The notes beneath the pieces are model-generated. The model did not search any database. It worked only from the letters and a program-made list of their open reading frames with translations, and had not been told where the DNA came from. Positions 29,999 to 39,882 of a stretch of DNA of 64,000 nucleotides are shown one piece after another. Every line of letters begins with the position of its first letter. Within the stretch, counting starts at the first letter, position 1. Position numbers and translations under genes: made by a program. This stretch comes from Candidatus Woodwardiibium gallinarum. Lineage in GTDB: Bacteria; Bacillota; Clostridia; Oscillospirales; CAG-382. The DNA is taken from NCBI GenBank assembly GCA_904419545.1, contig CAJFRY010000003.1, forward strand, positions 30,230 through 94,229, in the 5' to 3' direction.

Positions 29999-30550
29999 GT
30001 GAGATCGGTCTTGCCGGGAACGACCATAGAAACGAAGCTGACTGAAAAAGATGTTGCCAAAACGTTTTTGGACAATATCTTTATGGCAGGCGGGCTGATG
30101 TTGTCACAGGTCGTCTCGCTGACGGGAATTGAGCCTTATGTCATACAGAACTGGGTGAAAAGAGGTTTTTTGCCCAGACCCGAAAGGAAGCTGTATACAA
30201 AAAATCAGTTTTGCCGTGTCGCCATCATCGGCGCGCTCCGAGAGAGCATGCAGATTGACAGGATTACCAGATTGCTGTCGTATATCAATGGCCATTTGAA
30301 CGACGAAAGCGATGATCTTGTCAGCGACGCCGAGCTGTATAACGATTTTGTCAACCTCATCATCGCCTGCGGCGGCTTTCGGTCACCCCGGGATGTGAAA
30401 ATCGTGATCGAAGCGCTGACCGCGGATTACAGAGAACCGTATGCCGGCGCACGGAGACGCCTTTCCAAGGTATTGGAGGTCATGCTCTATGCGTATACGG
30501 CCGCCGAGCTCCGCCAGACTGCGGAGAACCTGATGTCCGATTTTGACTGA
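29999..30550 (+). CDS. MerR-like HTH protein (possible DUF1836 family); GTG start
   Basis: MerR-type HTH (LSQVVSLTGIEPYVIQNWVKRGFLP...KLYTKNQFCRVAII). GTG at 29999 lies 6 nt after GAGGGGGTGGG. An alternative start is the ATG at Met-29. Confidence 0.55.
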   Translation: MRSVLPGTTIETKLTEKDVAKTFLDNIFMAGGLMLSQVVSLTGIEPYVIQNWVKRGFLPRPERKLYTKNQFCRVAIIGALRESMQIDRITRLLSYINGHLNDESDDLVSDAELYNDFVNLIIACGGFRSPRDVKIVIEALTADYREPYAGARRRLSKVLEVMLYAYTAAELRQTAENLMSDFD

Positions 30551-30604
30551 AAAAGGAACGGCGCCTACGGCTGTAACAAGATTTGAAAGGACGGTTGTAT
30601 TTCC

Positions 30605-31237
30605 ATGATCGAATGGTTTGAAGCGTTGTCGGTCGCCGGCAAGGTTTTTGTCTGCGTCGCCATTCCGTCCACGCTGATTCTGGTCATCCAAACGGTGATG
30701 ACGTTTTTCGGTTTCGGTGACGGCGGCGACGGCACGGATATGCCTGACCTTGACGGTGACGGCGTGCCGGACGGCATTTTCGGCAGCAACGACGCCGGGG
30801 AGACGGACAACTTTGAAGTTGCTGAATCGAGTGGGCTGCATATGTTCTCCCTGCGCGGGATTGTGGCCTTCTTCTGCATCTTCGGTTGGCTTGGCCTGAC
30901 AATGGTCTCCAACGGCACGGAGGAATGGCTGGCCGTACTCGTAGCGTTCATCGGCGGTTTTCTTGCGATGCTCGGCGTTGCATTTTTGCTCAAAGCGCTT
31001 TCCAAGCTGCAAAGCGACGGTACGATGAACATCCGTTATGCTATCGGTGCCAGCGGCAGCGTGTATATTACCGTTCCGCCGCAGCGCCGTTCGAAGGGCA
31101 AGGTAAACCTGCTCGTACAGGGAAAGCTGGAGGAGCTGGACGCCGTTACCGATGAAAAAGCGCCGCTGCCTTTTGGGACGGAGGTTGTCGTCACCGGTAT
31201 ATCCGGCGGCAATACGCTTATTGTTCGCCGCAAATAA
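30605..31237 (+). CDS. NfeD-family membrane protein (C-terminal OB-fold)
   Basis: TM helices plus a C-terminal beta-rich NfeD domain. It is immediately upstream of the flotillin gene, the canonical pairing. Confidence 0.75.
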   Translation: MIEWFEALSVAGKVFVCVAIPSTLILVIQTVMTFFGFGDGGDGTDMPDLDGDGVPDGIFGSNDAGETDNFEVAESSGLHMFSLRGIVAFFCIFGWLGLTMVSNGTEEWLAVLVAFIGGFLAMLGVAFLLKALSKLQSDGTMNIRYAIGASGSVYITVPPQRRSKGKVNLLVQGKLEELDAVTDEKAPLPFGTEVVVTGISGGNTLIVRRK

Positions 31238-31274
31238 AATAAAGAATAAAGTTAGGAGAAAGAGGTAACAAACA

Positions 31275-32726
31275 ATGCCAGTTGAACTGATTGTAGTCAT
31301 TGTAGCCGTCTTGGTCGTGTTTTCACTGGTGATGGCGATGCTGTCGCGGGTCAAAAAATGCCCTTCCGACAAGGTTATGGTCATCTACGGTAAGGTCGGC
31401 AAGAATCCGGACGGCTCGTCCAAGAGCGCGAAGTGTATTCACGGCGGCGCGGCTTTCGTACTGCCGCTGGTGCAGTCCTATCAGTATTTGGATCTGACCC
31501 CGATTTCGATTCAGGTGGATCTGACCAACGCGCTTTCGCGTCAGAACATACGCATCGATGTGCCTTCCCGTTTTACGGTCGGTATATCAACCGAGCAGGG
31601 GATTATGCAGAATGCGGCCGAACGCCTGCTTGGCCTGCAATTGAGCGAGATCCAGGAGCTTTCCAAGGATATCATCTTTGGTCAGCTTCGTCTCATCATC
31701 GCTACAATGGATATCGAGGAAATCAATACCGACCGCGATAAGTTCCTTGAACAGGTCAGTCGGAACGTAGAGACCGAATTAAAAAAGATCGGTTTGCGTC
31801 TGATCAACGTCAACGTGACGGACATCACTGATGAATCGGGCTATATTGTCGCACTTGGTAAGGAAGCGGCAGCCAAGGCCATCAACGACGCCAGGAAGAG
31901 CGTGGCTGAGCAGGAGCGCGAAGGCGCCATCGGCGAAGCCAATGCACGGATGGAACAGCGCGTTAAGGTTTCCGAAGCGGATTCTATCGCAATTCAGGGT
32001 GAAAACAAGGCACGAATTGACGTGGCCATGTCCAATGCGCATCTGCGTGAGAAAGAAGCAGAGGCGTCGCGTATTGCCACCACGGCTGAAAAGATTCAAA
32101 ATGCGCGGGCACTTGAGGAGTCCTACGCTGCCGAACAGTCGGCGGAGGCCGCTCGATTTGCGAAGGAAAAGGCGACCCTCGAGGCCGACGTGATTGTGCA
32201 GGCCGAGATCAAAAAACGTGAGATTGAGCTGCAGGCCGAGGCTGAGGCCGAGGAAATCCGTCGCCGCGCCAAGGGTGAGGCGGATGCGCTCTATGCCAAG
32301 ATGGAGGCGGAAGCCAAAGGTATCGAGACCGTGCTCAAAAAGCAGGCTGCCGGCTTTGCCGAGGTGGTCAATGCGGCGGGCGGCGATCCCAATGCTGCGC
32401 TTAAGCTCTTGATTGCGGATAAGCTGGAGGATTTGATGCGGATTCAGGTCGATGCGATCAAGAATATCAAGATTGACAAGGTTACTGTCTGGGACAGCGG
32501 CAACGGCGCTAACGGCAAAAGCTCGACCTCGAATTTTCTGTCGGGCCTGATGAAATCGGTGCCGCCGTTGGAGGAGGTTTTTGCACTCGCCGGCATGCAG
32601 CTCCCGGAGCTGCTTGGTAAGAAACTGGAGGAACAGACGGACACGTCCGCTGCAGATAAAACGTCCGACGGAGGAGAGCCGGCATCGGATGCCGGCGCGC
32701 CTGAAACTGCAGAAGCTGAATCTTAA
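31275..32726 (+). CDS. flotillin (SPFH/band-7) family protein
   Basis: N-terminal TM helix, SPFH domain, and a long Ala/Glu-rich coiled-coil (EA repeats). Confidence 0.85.
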   Translation: MPVELIVVIVAVLVVFSLVMAMLSRVKKCPSDKVMVIYGKVGKNPDGSSKSAKCIHGGAAFVLPLVQSYQYLDLTPISIQVDLTNALSRQNIRIDVPSRFTVGISTEQGIMQNAAERLLGLQLSEIQELSKDIIFGQLRLIIATMDIEEINTDRDKFLEQVSRNVETELKKIGLRLINVNVTDITDESGYIVALGKEAAAKAINDARKSVAEQEREGAIGEANARMEQRVKVSEADSIAIQGENKARIDVAMSNAHLREKEAEASRIATTAEKIQNARALEESYAAEQSAEAARFAKEKATLEADVIVQAEIKKREIELQAEAEAEEIRRRAKGEADALYAKMEAEAKGIETVLKKQAAGFAEVVNAAGGDPNAALKLLIADKLEDLMRIQVDAIKNIKIDKVTVWDSGNGANGKSSTSNFLSGLMKSVPPLEEVFALAGMQLPELLGKKLEEQTDTSAADKTSDGGEPASDAGAPETAEAES

Positions 32727-32737
32727 AAGCAATTGAA

Positions 32738-32770
32738 GACCGGCGCCGCCGATTTCGGCGGCGCCGGTTC
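32738..32770. terminator. GC hairpin after the flotillin gene
   Basis: 13-bp stem ACCGGCGCCGCCG/CGGCGGCGCCGGT. The U-tract is poor. Confidence 0.35.
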
Positions 32771-32804
32771 GGTGCGTCAATGAGAAGGAAAAGAGGAAGG
32801 GTTT

Positions 32805-33491
32805 ATGGCAGAAGTAAAAACGAAATACGACCATATGTCGTCATTTGGCTTTTCGTTTTGTCTGTATCTCATCGTATCCGTCGTTGCTCGCGTCGTGCCG
32901 ATACTGGTGCGTACGCTGTTGTCACTGTTTGTGCATACGCCGAGCGTGAATGAGCTGAAGGCGGACGGCTCATATCTTTTTGACGTGATTTACCCGCTGT
33001 TCGGTTTTTTGATGCTTGCGGGCTATTTTGCAGCGATGTATTATTGCTTCCGCTTTGCCGCTTCGAAGGTCGCATACCGCACGCTCAAGCAGACCTCTAA
33101 CTTTCGGATTGTGACTGAATTGGCGCTTGTCCTTTTTGTCGGACTGGCGTTTGATATCTATCTGATGTTCGGGATGGAGCTGCGCAGTGAATTCTGGTAT
33201 GCGGCGGCGCTTATTGCCTCGTTCACCGGTATAGTGGACAAAACGAACCTGCTGGCCATCGTTTCCGAACGCGACCTGCAGTTGAACTATTTTACACTCG
33301 AGGGCCTTACACCGCATATTCTTGGCATCGGCGTCGCAGTGACGCTTGTGCTCACTGCTGCCGCGTTTTTTCCGGCCTATTACGGACGGCGGCATGGAGA
33401 GGCAATGGGCATTGGCGCATATAAAAGCGATAAGGAGGCGTTTCGTCAAAGCCTGGGGATCGAATCCGCGAAAGAAGAAAACGGGTCTTGA
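32805..33491 (+). CDS. hypothetical polytopic membrane protein
   Basis: About six predicted TM helices. RBS AAGAGGAAGGG. No recognisable family. Confidence 0.5.
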   Translation: MAEVKTKYDHMSSFGFSFCLYLIVSVVARVVPILVRTLLSLFVHTPSVNELKADGSYLFDVIYPLFGFLMLAGYFAAMYYCFRFAASKVAYRTLKQTSNFRIVTELALVLFVGLAFDIYLMFGMELRSEFWYAAALIASFTGIVDKTNLLAIVSERDLQLNYFTLEGLTPHILGIGVAVTLVLTAAAFFPAYYGRRHGEAMGIGAYKSDKEAFRQSLGIESAKEENGS

Positions 33492-33603
33492 CAAACCGGT
33501 GCTTTTTTGCTAAAATAAAAAGGTCAAGCGGCTTTTGGAGCGCAGAATTTTGACAAATTCTGCGCTCTTTTCTTGTGACAATCCATTGGTTCGGAGGAAT
33601 TTT

Positions 33604-35004
33604 ATGAACGCAGCAGAAAGCAGCAGCCTCGGCACGGAGAAGCTCTCCAAACTGATGCTGAAATATTCCATTCCCTGCGTACTCTCTCTGTTGGTGAGTG
33701 CACTGTATAATATCGTTGATCAAATTTTTATCGGCAACAGTGAGCTGAGTACGCTCGGCAATGCCGCGACAGGCGTTGTGTTCCCGTTTTTTATCGTTGC
33801 ACAGGCCTTCGCATGGTGCTTTGGGGACGGCTGTGCCGCATATCTGAACCTCTGCTTAGGCAAAAAAGATATGCAGAGCGCGGATAAAGCGATCGGCACC
33901 GGTATAACCGTCACATGCCTGACCGGCCTGCTGCTGGTCGTTCTGGGGTATCTGCTCAAAGCTCCGCTCCTGACCTTATTCGGTGCTTCGGAAAACAGTC
34001 TCGGGATGGCCATTGAATATTTGGAGGTGATTTTGGCTTTCTTTCCGTTTTTTATGCTGTCCAATATGATGAACTCCGTCATTCGTGCGGACGGCAGTCC
34101 CACGTGCTCAATGGTTTCTATGCTGGTGGGTGCGGCTATCAACCTTGTTCTTGATCCGTTGTTTATTTTCGGCTTTCATTGGGGGATGGCCGGCGCGGCT
34201 TGGGCGACGGTGATCGGACAATTTGCATCGTTCCTGATCTGCGTCTGGTATTTCTTCCGAACCAGGACCTTTCGTCTGCATCCGCGGAGCCTTCTGCCTG
34301 ATTTTCGGGCTTTTGCCGGTGCGCTGAAGCTGGGGCTTTCCTCCTTTGTTACGCAGATGACAATTCTTGTCATTGTTCTTGTCAGCAACCGGATGCTGGT
34401 CCGATACGGCGCCGTATCGCAGTATGGTGTGGACATTCCTATTGCAGTAATGGGCATTGAAAACAAAGTGTTTACGGTGGTCATCAATATCGTTGTCGGC
34501 ATCGTGCTCGGATGTCAGCCGGTAATCGGATATAATATCGGTGCCAGGAACTATGCACGGGTCAGACGTCTGTTTCGTCAGATTCTGCTGTGTACGACTA
34601 TCGTCGGCGTTGCGGCTACACTTTTGTTTGTACTGGCTCCGCATATGGTAGTGCGTATGTTCGGCGTGCCGACGAATATTCCCAATCCCGATGATTATTG
34701 GCTGTTTGCTGAAAAGACCTTCCGTATTTTTCTGTCCTTGACCACCTTCACATGCATCGTGAAGGTTTCGTCGATCTTTTTTCAGGCGGCGGGGAAACCT
34801 GTGCGCGCCGTCGTTGCTTCGATGGTGCGCGACATTCTCTGCTTCATACCGCTGATTCTGCTCCTGCCGCGTTTTTTCGGCATCGAAGGGATCCTGTACG
34901 CCGCACCGGCCGCTGATATGCTGGCAATGCTTGTGTCCGGTGTGCTGATGATCGATTATTTCCGCCGTCTGCGGAACGACGCACCGGCCATTGCGCTGGA
35001 GTAG
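33604..35004 (+). CDS. MATE family efflux transporter
   Basis: 12-TM MATE profile. The start was reset to the ATG at 33604 (MNAAESS), 8 nt after GGAGG. Confidence 0.85.
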   Translation: MNAAESSSLGTEKLSKLMLKYSIPCVLSLLVSALYNIVDQIFIGNSELSTLGNAATGVVFPFFIVAQAFAWCFGDGCAAYLNLCLGKKDMQSADKAIGTGITVTCLTGLLLVVLGYLLKAPLLTLFGASENSLGMAIEYLEVILAFFPFFMLSNMMNSVIRADGSPTCSMVSMLVGAAINLVLDPLFIFGFHWGMAGAAWATVIGQFASFLICVWYFFRTRTFRLHPRSLLPDFRAFAGALKLGLSSFVTQMTILVIVLVSNRMLVRYGAVSQYGVDIPIAVMGIENKVFTVVINIVVGIVLGCQPVIGYNIGARNYARVRRLFRQILLCTTIVGVAATLLFVLAPHMVVRMFGVPTNIPNPDDYWLFAEKTFRIFLSLTTFTCIVKVSSIFFQAAGKPVRAVVASMVRDILCFIPLILLLPRFFGIEGILYAAPAADMLAMLVSGVLMIDYFRRLRNDAPAIALE

Positions 35005-35254
35005 ATGTTCTTCTGTGATCTGCAAGGGGCTGTACAACGGATTTTTTATAGAGAAATAAATACGGGCGAATGGATTCCCGCAATTTTAGGCGTTTGGCCG
35101 TAGCCGAACGCCTATATCTGTTAAGTAAATGTTTTTTATGTACAGCTCTCTGCCATGTTTCTTCGCTTGTAAGAATTTCAAACTGAAGGCGTTCGATAAT
35201 AGGCTCTAACGGCTGCTGCCGGTACACCTAAAAGAACAGCGTTTCAACTCGTGC

Positions 35255-35509
35255 CTATTTCCGAAAGAGGGAAAAGCCCTTTTTTACATAGGGTTCAGAA
35301 TGAATGCTGCGCACTGTATAACCGGTTGATTCGATTACGGCTTTGAGTTTTTCACTGTCGAGCGGCGACTCTGCAAGAATTTCTGTTTTCTTTTTTGTAT
35401 AAGAAGAAGAGACCTTCTTGACCGCAAACGCTTTTCTGACCGCGTCGTTGATGTGCGCTTCGCACATTCCGCAGGCCATACCGTCTATGTCCAGTGTAAT
35501 TTTAACCAT
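35255..35509 (-). CDS. heavy-metal-associated (HMA) domain protein, CopZ-like
   Basis: The metal-binding loop GMACGMCEAH is a variant of GMxCxxC. Confidence 0.7.
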   Translation of the reverse strand: MVKITLDIDGMACGMCEAHINDAVRKAFAVKKVSSSYTKKKTEILAESPLDSEKLKAVIESTGYTVRSIHSEPYVKKGFSLFRK

Positions 35510-35888
35510 GACTCATACCTCCGAGCTTAAAAGTTAGTTTCGACTAATAAAAGATGCTGTGAAAAGCGGAGATGATGTGATCCGCTGCCTTTATTATAAC
35601 GCGTCGCCGTCGTTTTGTCAATTGCTGAATCAAATTTTGTTTTCAAGGCAAAATGCTTAGTCGCAGTTCCATCGGATTTACGGGAACCCGGAAATGGAGC
35701 AGCAATTCCTCTCGCTTTTTTCTTCGCGTTCGGCTGCGGCTGTATTTCCTATCGTCCGTGCGCTGCGGGAACGGATTATGTCTCTGCCGTTTTTATGTCC
35801 TTTTTTAATCAATGAAGAATGCCGGAGAAGCAGATTTGCATCCTCCGGCATTTTACATTAAAAAGACACAACAGTGTGCAGTATATGC

Positions 35889-38800
35889 TTATTCGACAGT
35901 TATCGTTACGGCAGTCGCCTGACTTTCTCCAAGGTGATTGTCGATGACATAGGTAAAGCTGTCGGTGCCCGTAAACCCGCTCTGCGGGTAATAGGTAAAC
36001 GTTCCGTCGGGCGTCAACGTTACGGAACCGTGCGCGGGAGAGGTCTCTACATGATAGGTCTGTGCTGTCGAGCCGCTTTCGTTGAACGTGCCGCTGAGCG
36101 GCTTGCCTGCTTCGGCAGTCAGGCTGCTGTCAGGCTCCCGTTCGGGCGATGTGTTCAGCTTGCCCTTGATAAAGTCGTAGGTGTAGGTATAGACCAGCCG
36201 CGCCATATCGTCCTCGGCATAGCAGGCATTGTAATACGCGAGGATATCCTGATAGTACATATGCACCGTCTCGGTCATATATCCTTGCGTGATACCTTCG
36301 GTCAGATAGCCCATATACTTATCAAAATAGGTCTTATCGGTCAGCGTGGCGCCCATCAGCTCCATTTCCACACACATCCCGAGCCGTTTGGCCATAATCG
36401 CGCAATTGGTGAGCTGGTTTGCGCCGACATTGGCATCAAACGCATAGTTCGGCTGCATACAGGCGATGCTGAAGCCGTATGCATGCCAAGCGTCAAAGCC
36501 GGACGCTTTATAAAAGGGGATCCAGAACAGCTCATAGCCTTTTGACCCGACGTAATCAACAATTGTGTTGATGAGTGCATTGTCGTCTTCATTCTCGTTC
36601 ATAGATTCGTGCTGCCAGTAAAAACCGGCAAATTCGACGTTTTCATACGTTTGCCGGCCGACAAGCTCCAGAACCAGGTCGGCTCCCCAACGCAGTGCTG
36701 CAATACGGTCGTCGAGTGTTTCGAGCTTGTCGTCCTGTCCGTCGCCGTCCAGATCGCCGAACAGCACATTCACGCCCGGATAGGCCAGCGGGAGGTAATA
36801 TTTGACCTTGTAATCGTTCAATCCCAGCGCTTCCTTCAATTGTCCGACGGCCTCGTCGAGTGCTGCGACATCGCGTCCGGACGCAAAGGTCTTTTCGTAC
36901 ATATCGCGGATTTCAGACATATTGGCATCTGCATAGAAGTGGCCGCCGTCCTTGCCCGTGCCGGTCGGGCAGAAGAGGAAACCGTCAAACATTGTGTCGA
37001 CGATATTGCCTTCACGATCCAGATAGGCAACGTAGGGGAGAATCTCTTCAAGCTGATAACCGGCATCCGTTTTCCCGGCACGCTCATCATCCGCCGAATA
37101 GTTTGGCATCAGAACGATGTCGTTTGCACCGCCGAGGTATGTGTCGCGTTCGGCATAGCTGCCGACATCCAACGGCCGCGGCTCAATGCCGGATTCGGCC
37201 AGCGGAACCGAATCGTTGTCGACCCTTTTTGTGCCCCATACCTCCAACTCGTCGCAGTATGCATTGGGCCATACGCGGAAGGAAAAGCGCGCAAACCGCG
37301 CCTTATAGGTCTCGTCGAGCGTGTAGTCAAAGCGCAGGAATTCCGTATCCTGCTCCGACGGCAGTACCGCAGCTTTGACGGCGTACCAGTCTACGCCGTT
37401 TTCCGACAGGTAGAACAGCACGCTTGAAATACTGTTGATTCCGACCGGCGTTTCGCGCAGGAAGGAGAGCGAAAAGCCGTCCACCGTTGCCGTTGCCCCG
37501 AAATCGAAGATCACGTCGCGTCCTTCGCCGCTGCCGAATTTGAAGTAAGCGCTGTCCGTATACGAAGGATTCGCCGCACGCTTGCCGTCGGTCAGCAGCA
37601 GGCTGGATTCGGCCGTGTTGCCGGCTGTTCCTGCCGGGAGCGGACAATAGGAGTATATAGTCTGTCCGAGACCGGAAATCAGATTGATTCGGTCGTTGTA
37701 ATCGCTGTCAGTCGAAGGGAAAAACGTTTCGCTCTCAATTTTTCGGATCGGTTCTTCACGATAGAAGCTCTGGAAGCTGCTGTCAGCCGCATCGCGGTAA
37801 GCAAATACGGACAGTTCCTCCAGCATCAGCGACCCTCTCTCCTGCTCAGGGAACGTAAAGCGCACCTTGCGCGCTTCCACCGTTTCCGGCAACGAGAGGG
37901 AATAGGTGAAGGTTCCCTCGACGTCGTTCATCGGGGCGTAAATGCGGCCGATTTTGGTAAATTCGTCGTCAGCCCCGGCCACCGAGACATCCACATAGAC
38001 GGGCAGCAGCACACCCAACGTGGCGTTGGAATACATGGATATTTCAAAACGGGAAATATCCGTTTGCATACTGCCGAGATCCAGCGTGACGTCCAAGGCT
38101 TCATTGCCGTCAAACCCGACATAATTGCCTGATTCATAGGTGGAGCCGGTCTGTTTGCCATCGGTTAATCTGCCGCCGTCGGGAAACTTGGTGCCCGCTG
38201 TACGCGAAAGCTGATAGCTGCGGCCGACAGAAAGGGAAGTTTTTGTCTTATCGGGTGTCGGCTTGCCGGTTGAAAGGGCCGCAAGCGCACCCGCATAATC
38301 GTATTCATCGGAGGCATATGCGTCCTCAATCTGCTCGGCGAGCGCGCCGGCGCCGTCCGCAGGGGCGATGTCCGCAATGACCGAAAGCTCATCCAGGAAC
38401 AGATTTGCGGCATAATGGCTCATAATAAAGCGGACATAGCGCGCCGAGACGCATTGTTCCAACTCACCGTAGACGCGGTAGGCGCCGGTTTCCTCGTCCA
38501 GCGCGCGGGAGATGCGCAGATAGTCGTCCCATGTTTCTCCGTCGACCGACCATTCCACGCGCATAGCCTGCGGTGTGCCGATGCCGGGGCCGATCTCGTG
38601 GTAGTAAGAAATTTCAAACATATAAATCCTGTCGACAATCTCGCCAAGGTCAATCGTGAAGGTCAACGGATCGGGCTTGCCGTAGTCGGACCAGCGCGGG
38701 TCGGAATAGCCGAGGTCCCCCTCTGCGTACAGCCCGTCGGTCAGTTCGCTGCCATATGTGTCCGGATAGCTGTCGACTGCCGTGGAGCCTGTATACGGCT

Positions 38801-38996
38801 TTCCACGGGAGACGACGGTGCTGTAGGCGGGCTCGAACGGCTCCTCGGAGCCGCTTTCCTCAGGCGCGCTCGATTCGACGGCAGGCTCGGAGCCGTCCGG
38901 GGATTCCGTCGCGCTCGATTCGTCTGCCGCAGGCGTACAGGCCATAAGGCCGAGCAGCAGCGCCAGCAGCAGACAAAATAGGGATTTTGCTTTCAT
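35889..38996 (-). CDS. giant lipoprotein with three discoidin-like (F5/8 type C-like) repeats, a DUF4855-like core and a C-terminal Ig/cadherin-like domain
   Basis: Lipobox LMAC after a signal peptide. Three repeats carry an LTDG motif. The core is homologous to the 44204..46540 paralog (EILPYVAYLDREGNIVDTMFDGFLF versus ELLPYIAYVDKDQTVLDTMFESALF). Confidence 0.7.
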   Translation of the reverse strand: MKAKSLFCLLLALLLGLMACTPAADESSATESPDGSEPAVESSAPEESGSEEPFEPAYSTVVSRGKPYTGSTAVDSYPDTYGSELTDGLYAEGDLGYSDPRWSDYGKPDPLTFTIDLGEIVDRIYMFEISYYHEIGPGIGTPQAMRVEWSVDGETWDDYLRISRALDEETGAYRVYGELEQCVSARYVRFIMSHYAANLFLDELSVIADIAPADGAGALAEQIEDAYASDEYDYAGALAALSTGKPTPDKTKTSLSVGRSYQLSRTAGTKFPDGGRLTDGKQTGSTYESGNYVGFDGNEALDVTLDLGSMQTDISRFEISMYSNATLGVLLPVYVDVSVAGADDEFTKIGRIYAPMNDVEGTFTYSLSLPETVEARKVRFTFPEQERGSLMLEELSVFAYRDAADSSFQSFYREEPIRKIESETFFPSTDSDYNDRINLISGLGQTIYSYCPLPAGTAGNTAESSLLLTDGKRAANPSYTDSAYFKFGSGEGRDVIFDFGATATVDGFSLSFLRETPVGINSISSVLFYLSENGVDWYAVKAAVLPSEQDTEFLRFDYTLDETYKARFARFSFRVWPNAYCDELEVWGTKRVDNDSVPLAESGIEPRPLDVGSYAERDTYLGGANDIVLMPNYSADDERAGKTDAGYQLEEILPYVAYLDREGNIVDTMFDGFLFCPTGTGKDGGHFYADANMSEIRDMYEKTFASGRDVAALDEAVGQLKEALGLNDYKVKYYLPLAYPGVNVLFGDLDGDGQDDKLETLDDRIAALRWGADLVLELVGRQTYENVEFAGFYWQHESMNENEDDNALINTIVDYVGSKGYELFWIPFYKASGFDAWHAYGFSIACMQPNYAFDANVGANQLTNCAIMAKRLGMCVEMELMGATLTDKTYFDKYMGYLTEGITQGYMTETVHMYYQDILAYYNACYAEDDMARLVYTYTYDFIKGKLNTSPEREPDSSLTAEAGKPLSGTFNESGSTAQTYHVETSPAHGSVTLTPDGTFTYYPQSGFTGTDSFTYVIDNHLGESQATAVTITVE

Positions 38997-39057
38997 GACG
39001 TTTCCTTTCTTTCCTCATTTTCTTGTGATATATAATTTTCTATGTGGGTTTTAAAAT

Positions 39058-39612
39058 TTAATCGGGACAGGTGTACAACTCGCCATAGCTCTCGATGAGG
39101 ATGTCTGCGTTATGGGACAACTCCTCCTCTCCGTCAGCGTAATGCTTTTCGCGGATGCCGACGACGAAAAAGCCCGCACGCTTCGCTACGCCGGCAAATT
39201 TCGGATGGTCCTCAAATACAGCGCATTCGCCGGGTGAAAACCCCAGCCTTTCGGCGCAGAAAAGATAAATGCGCGGGTCGTGCTTGTCCGAGCCGATATC
39301 TTCAGGCGATATGTAAAACGAACAGCCGCCGCTGATGCCAAGCCGCGTATAACAGCCGTAAGAGCAGGATAACGGTGTGTGCGAGGCAATGCAGAAGGGG
39401 ATGCCGCGTCGCCGGACTTCGTTGAGGAATGCGCCGGCGTCGGCTTTAAAGCAAATTTCGTTATCGTATTTGGTTTTCATATATGCAAAATACTCTGCGG
39501 GACCGCAGCAGGCGCGTACCTGTTCGGAAAACCAAAAGCCCATCGAATCAACCAGTGTGCCGTCAAAATCGAAAATAAATGCTTTTTGGGAAAATATGCT
39601 ATCTTTCGTCAA
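39058..39612 (-). CDS. HAD-superfamily hydrolase
   Basis: The DxDGT motif (FIFDFDGTLVDS) lies near the N-terminus. The start was set at the TTG at 39612, 6 nt after GGAGGG. The ORF-track start at 39753 looks over-extended, and an alternative ATG at 39645 lacks an RBS. Confidence 0.65.
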   Translation of the reverse strand: MTKDSIFSQKAFIFDFDGTLVDSMGFWFSEQVRACCGPAEYFAYMKTKYDNEICFKADAGAFLNEVRRRGIPFCIASHTPLSCSYGCYTRLGISGGCSFYISPEDIGSDKHDPRIYLFCAERLGFSPGECAVFEDHPKFAGVAKRAGFFVVGIREKHYADGEEELSHNADILIESYGELYTCPD

Positions 39613-39882
39613 TGTGCTCCCTCCAATTTGTGCAAAAATTATCATAGCAGAAAGAATGTCGTCTGTCAACACAAATGCAAAACAAAAAATATTTCTTTTC
39701 ATTTTTCTTTCCGTTATTCGTCTTGACACCGGATTCAAATTCCATTTTTGCACGATGGCGGCGGAAAAAATTCAAAAATTGCGGAATCACTATTGAAAAA
39801 AAGAAAAATCGTGCTATAATATCATAGAATAGCCTGTAGAGGCTGCGATCCGAGATTATCACATAGAAAGGGTAGGGGAATC

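Noticed and set aside
39754-39882. T-box leader upstream of asnS
   Set aside because: The leader is only about 60 nt after a TTGAAA-16-TGcTATAAT promoter, which is far too short for a T-box.
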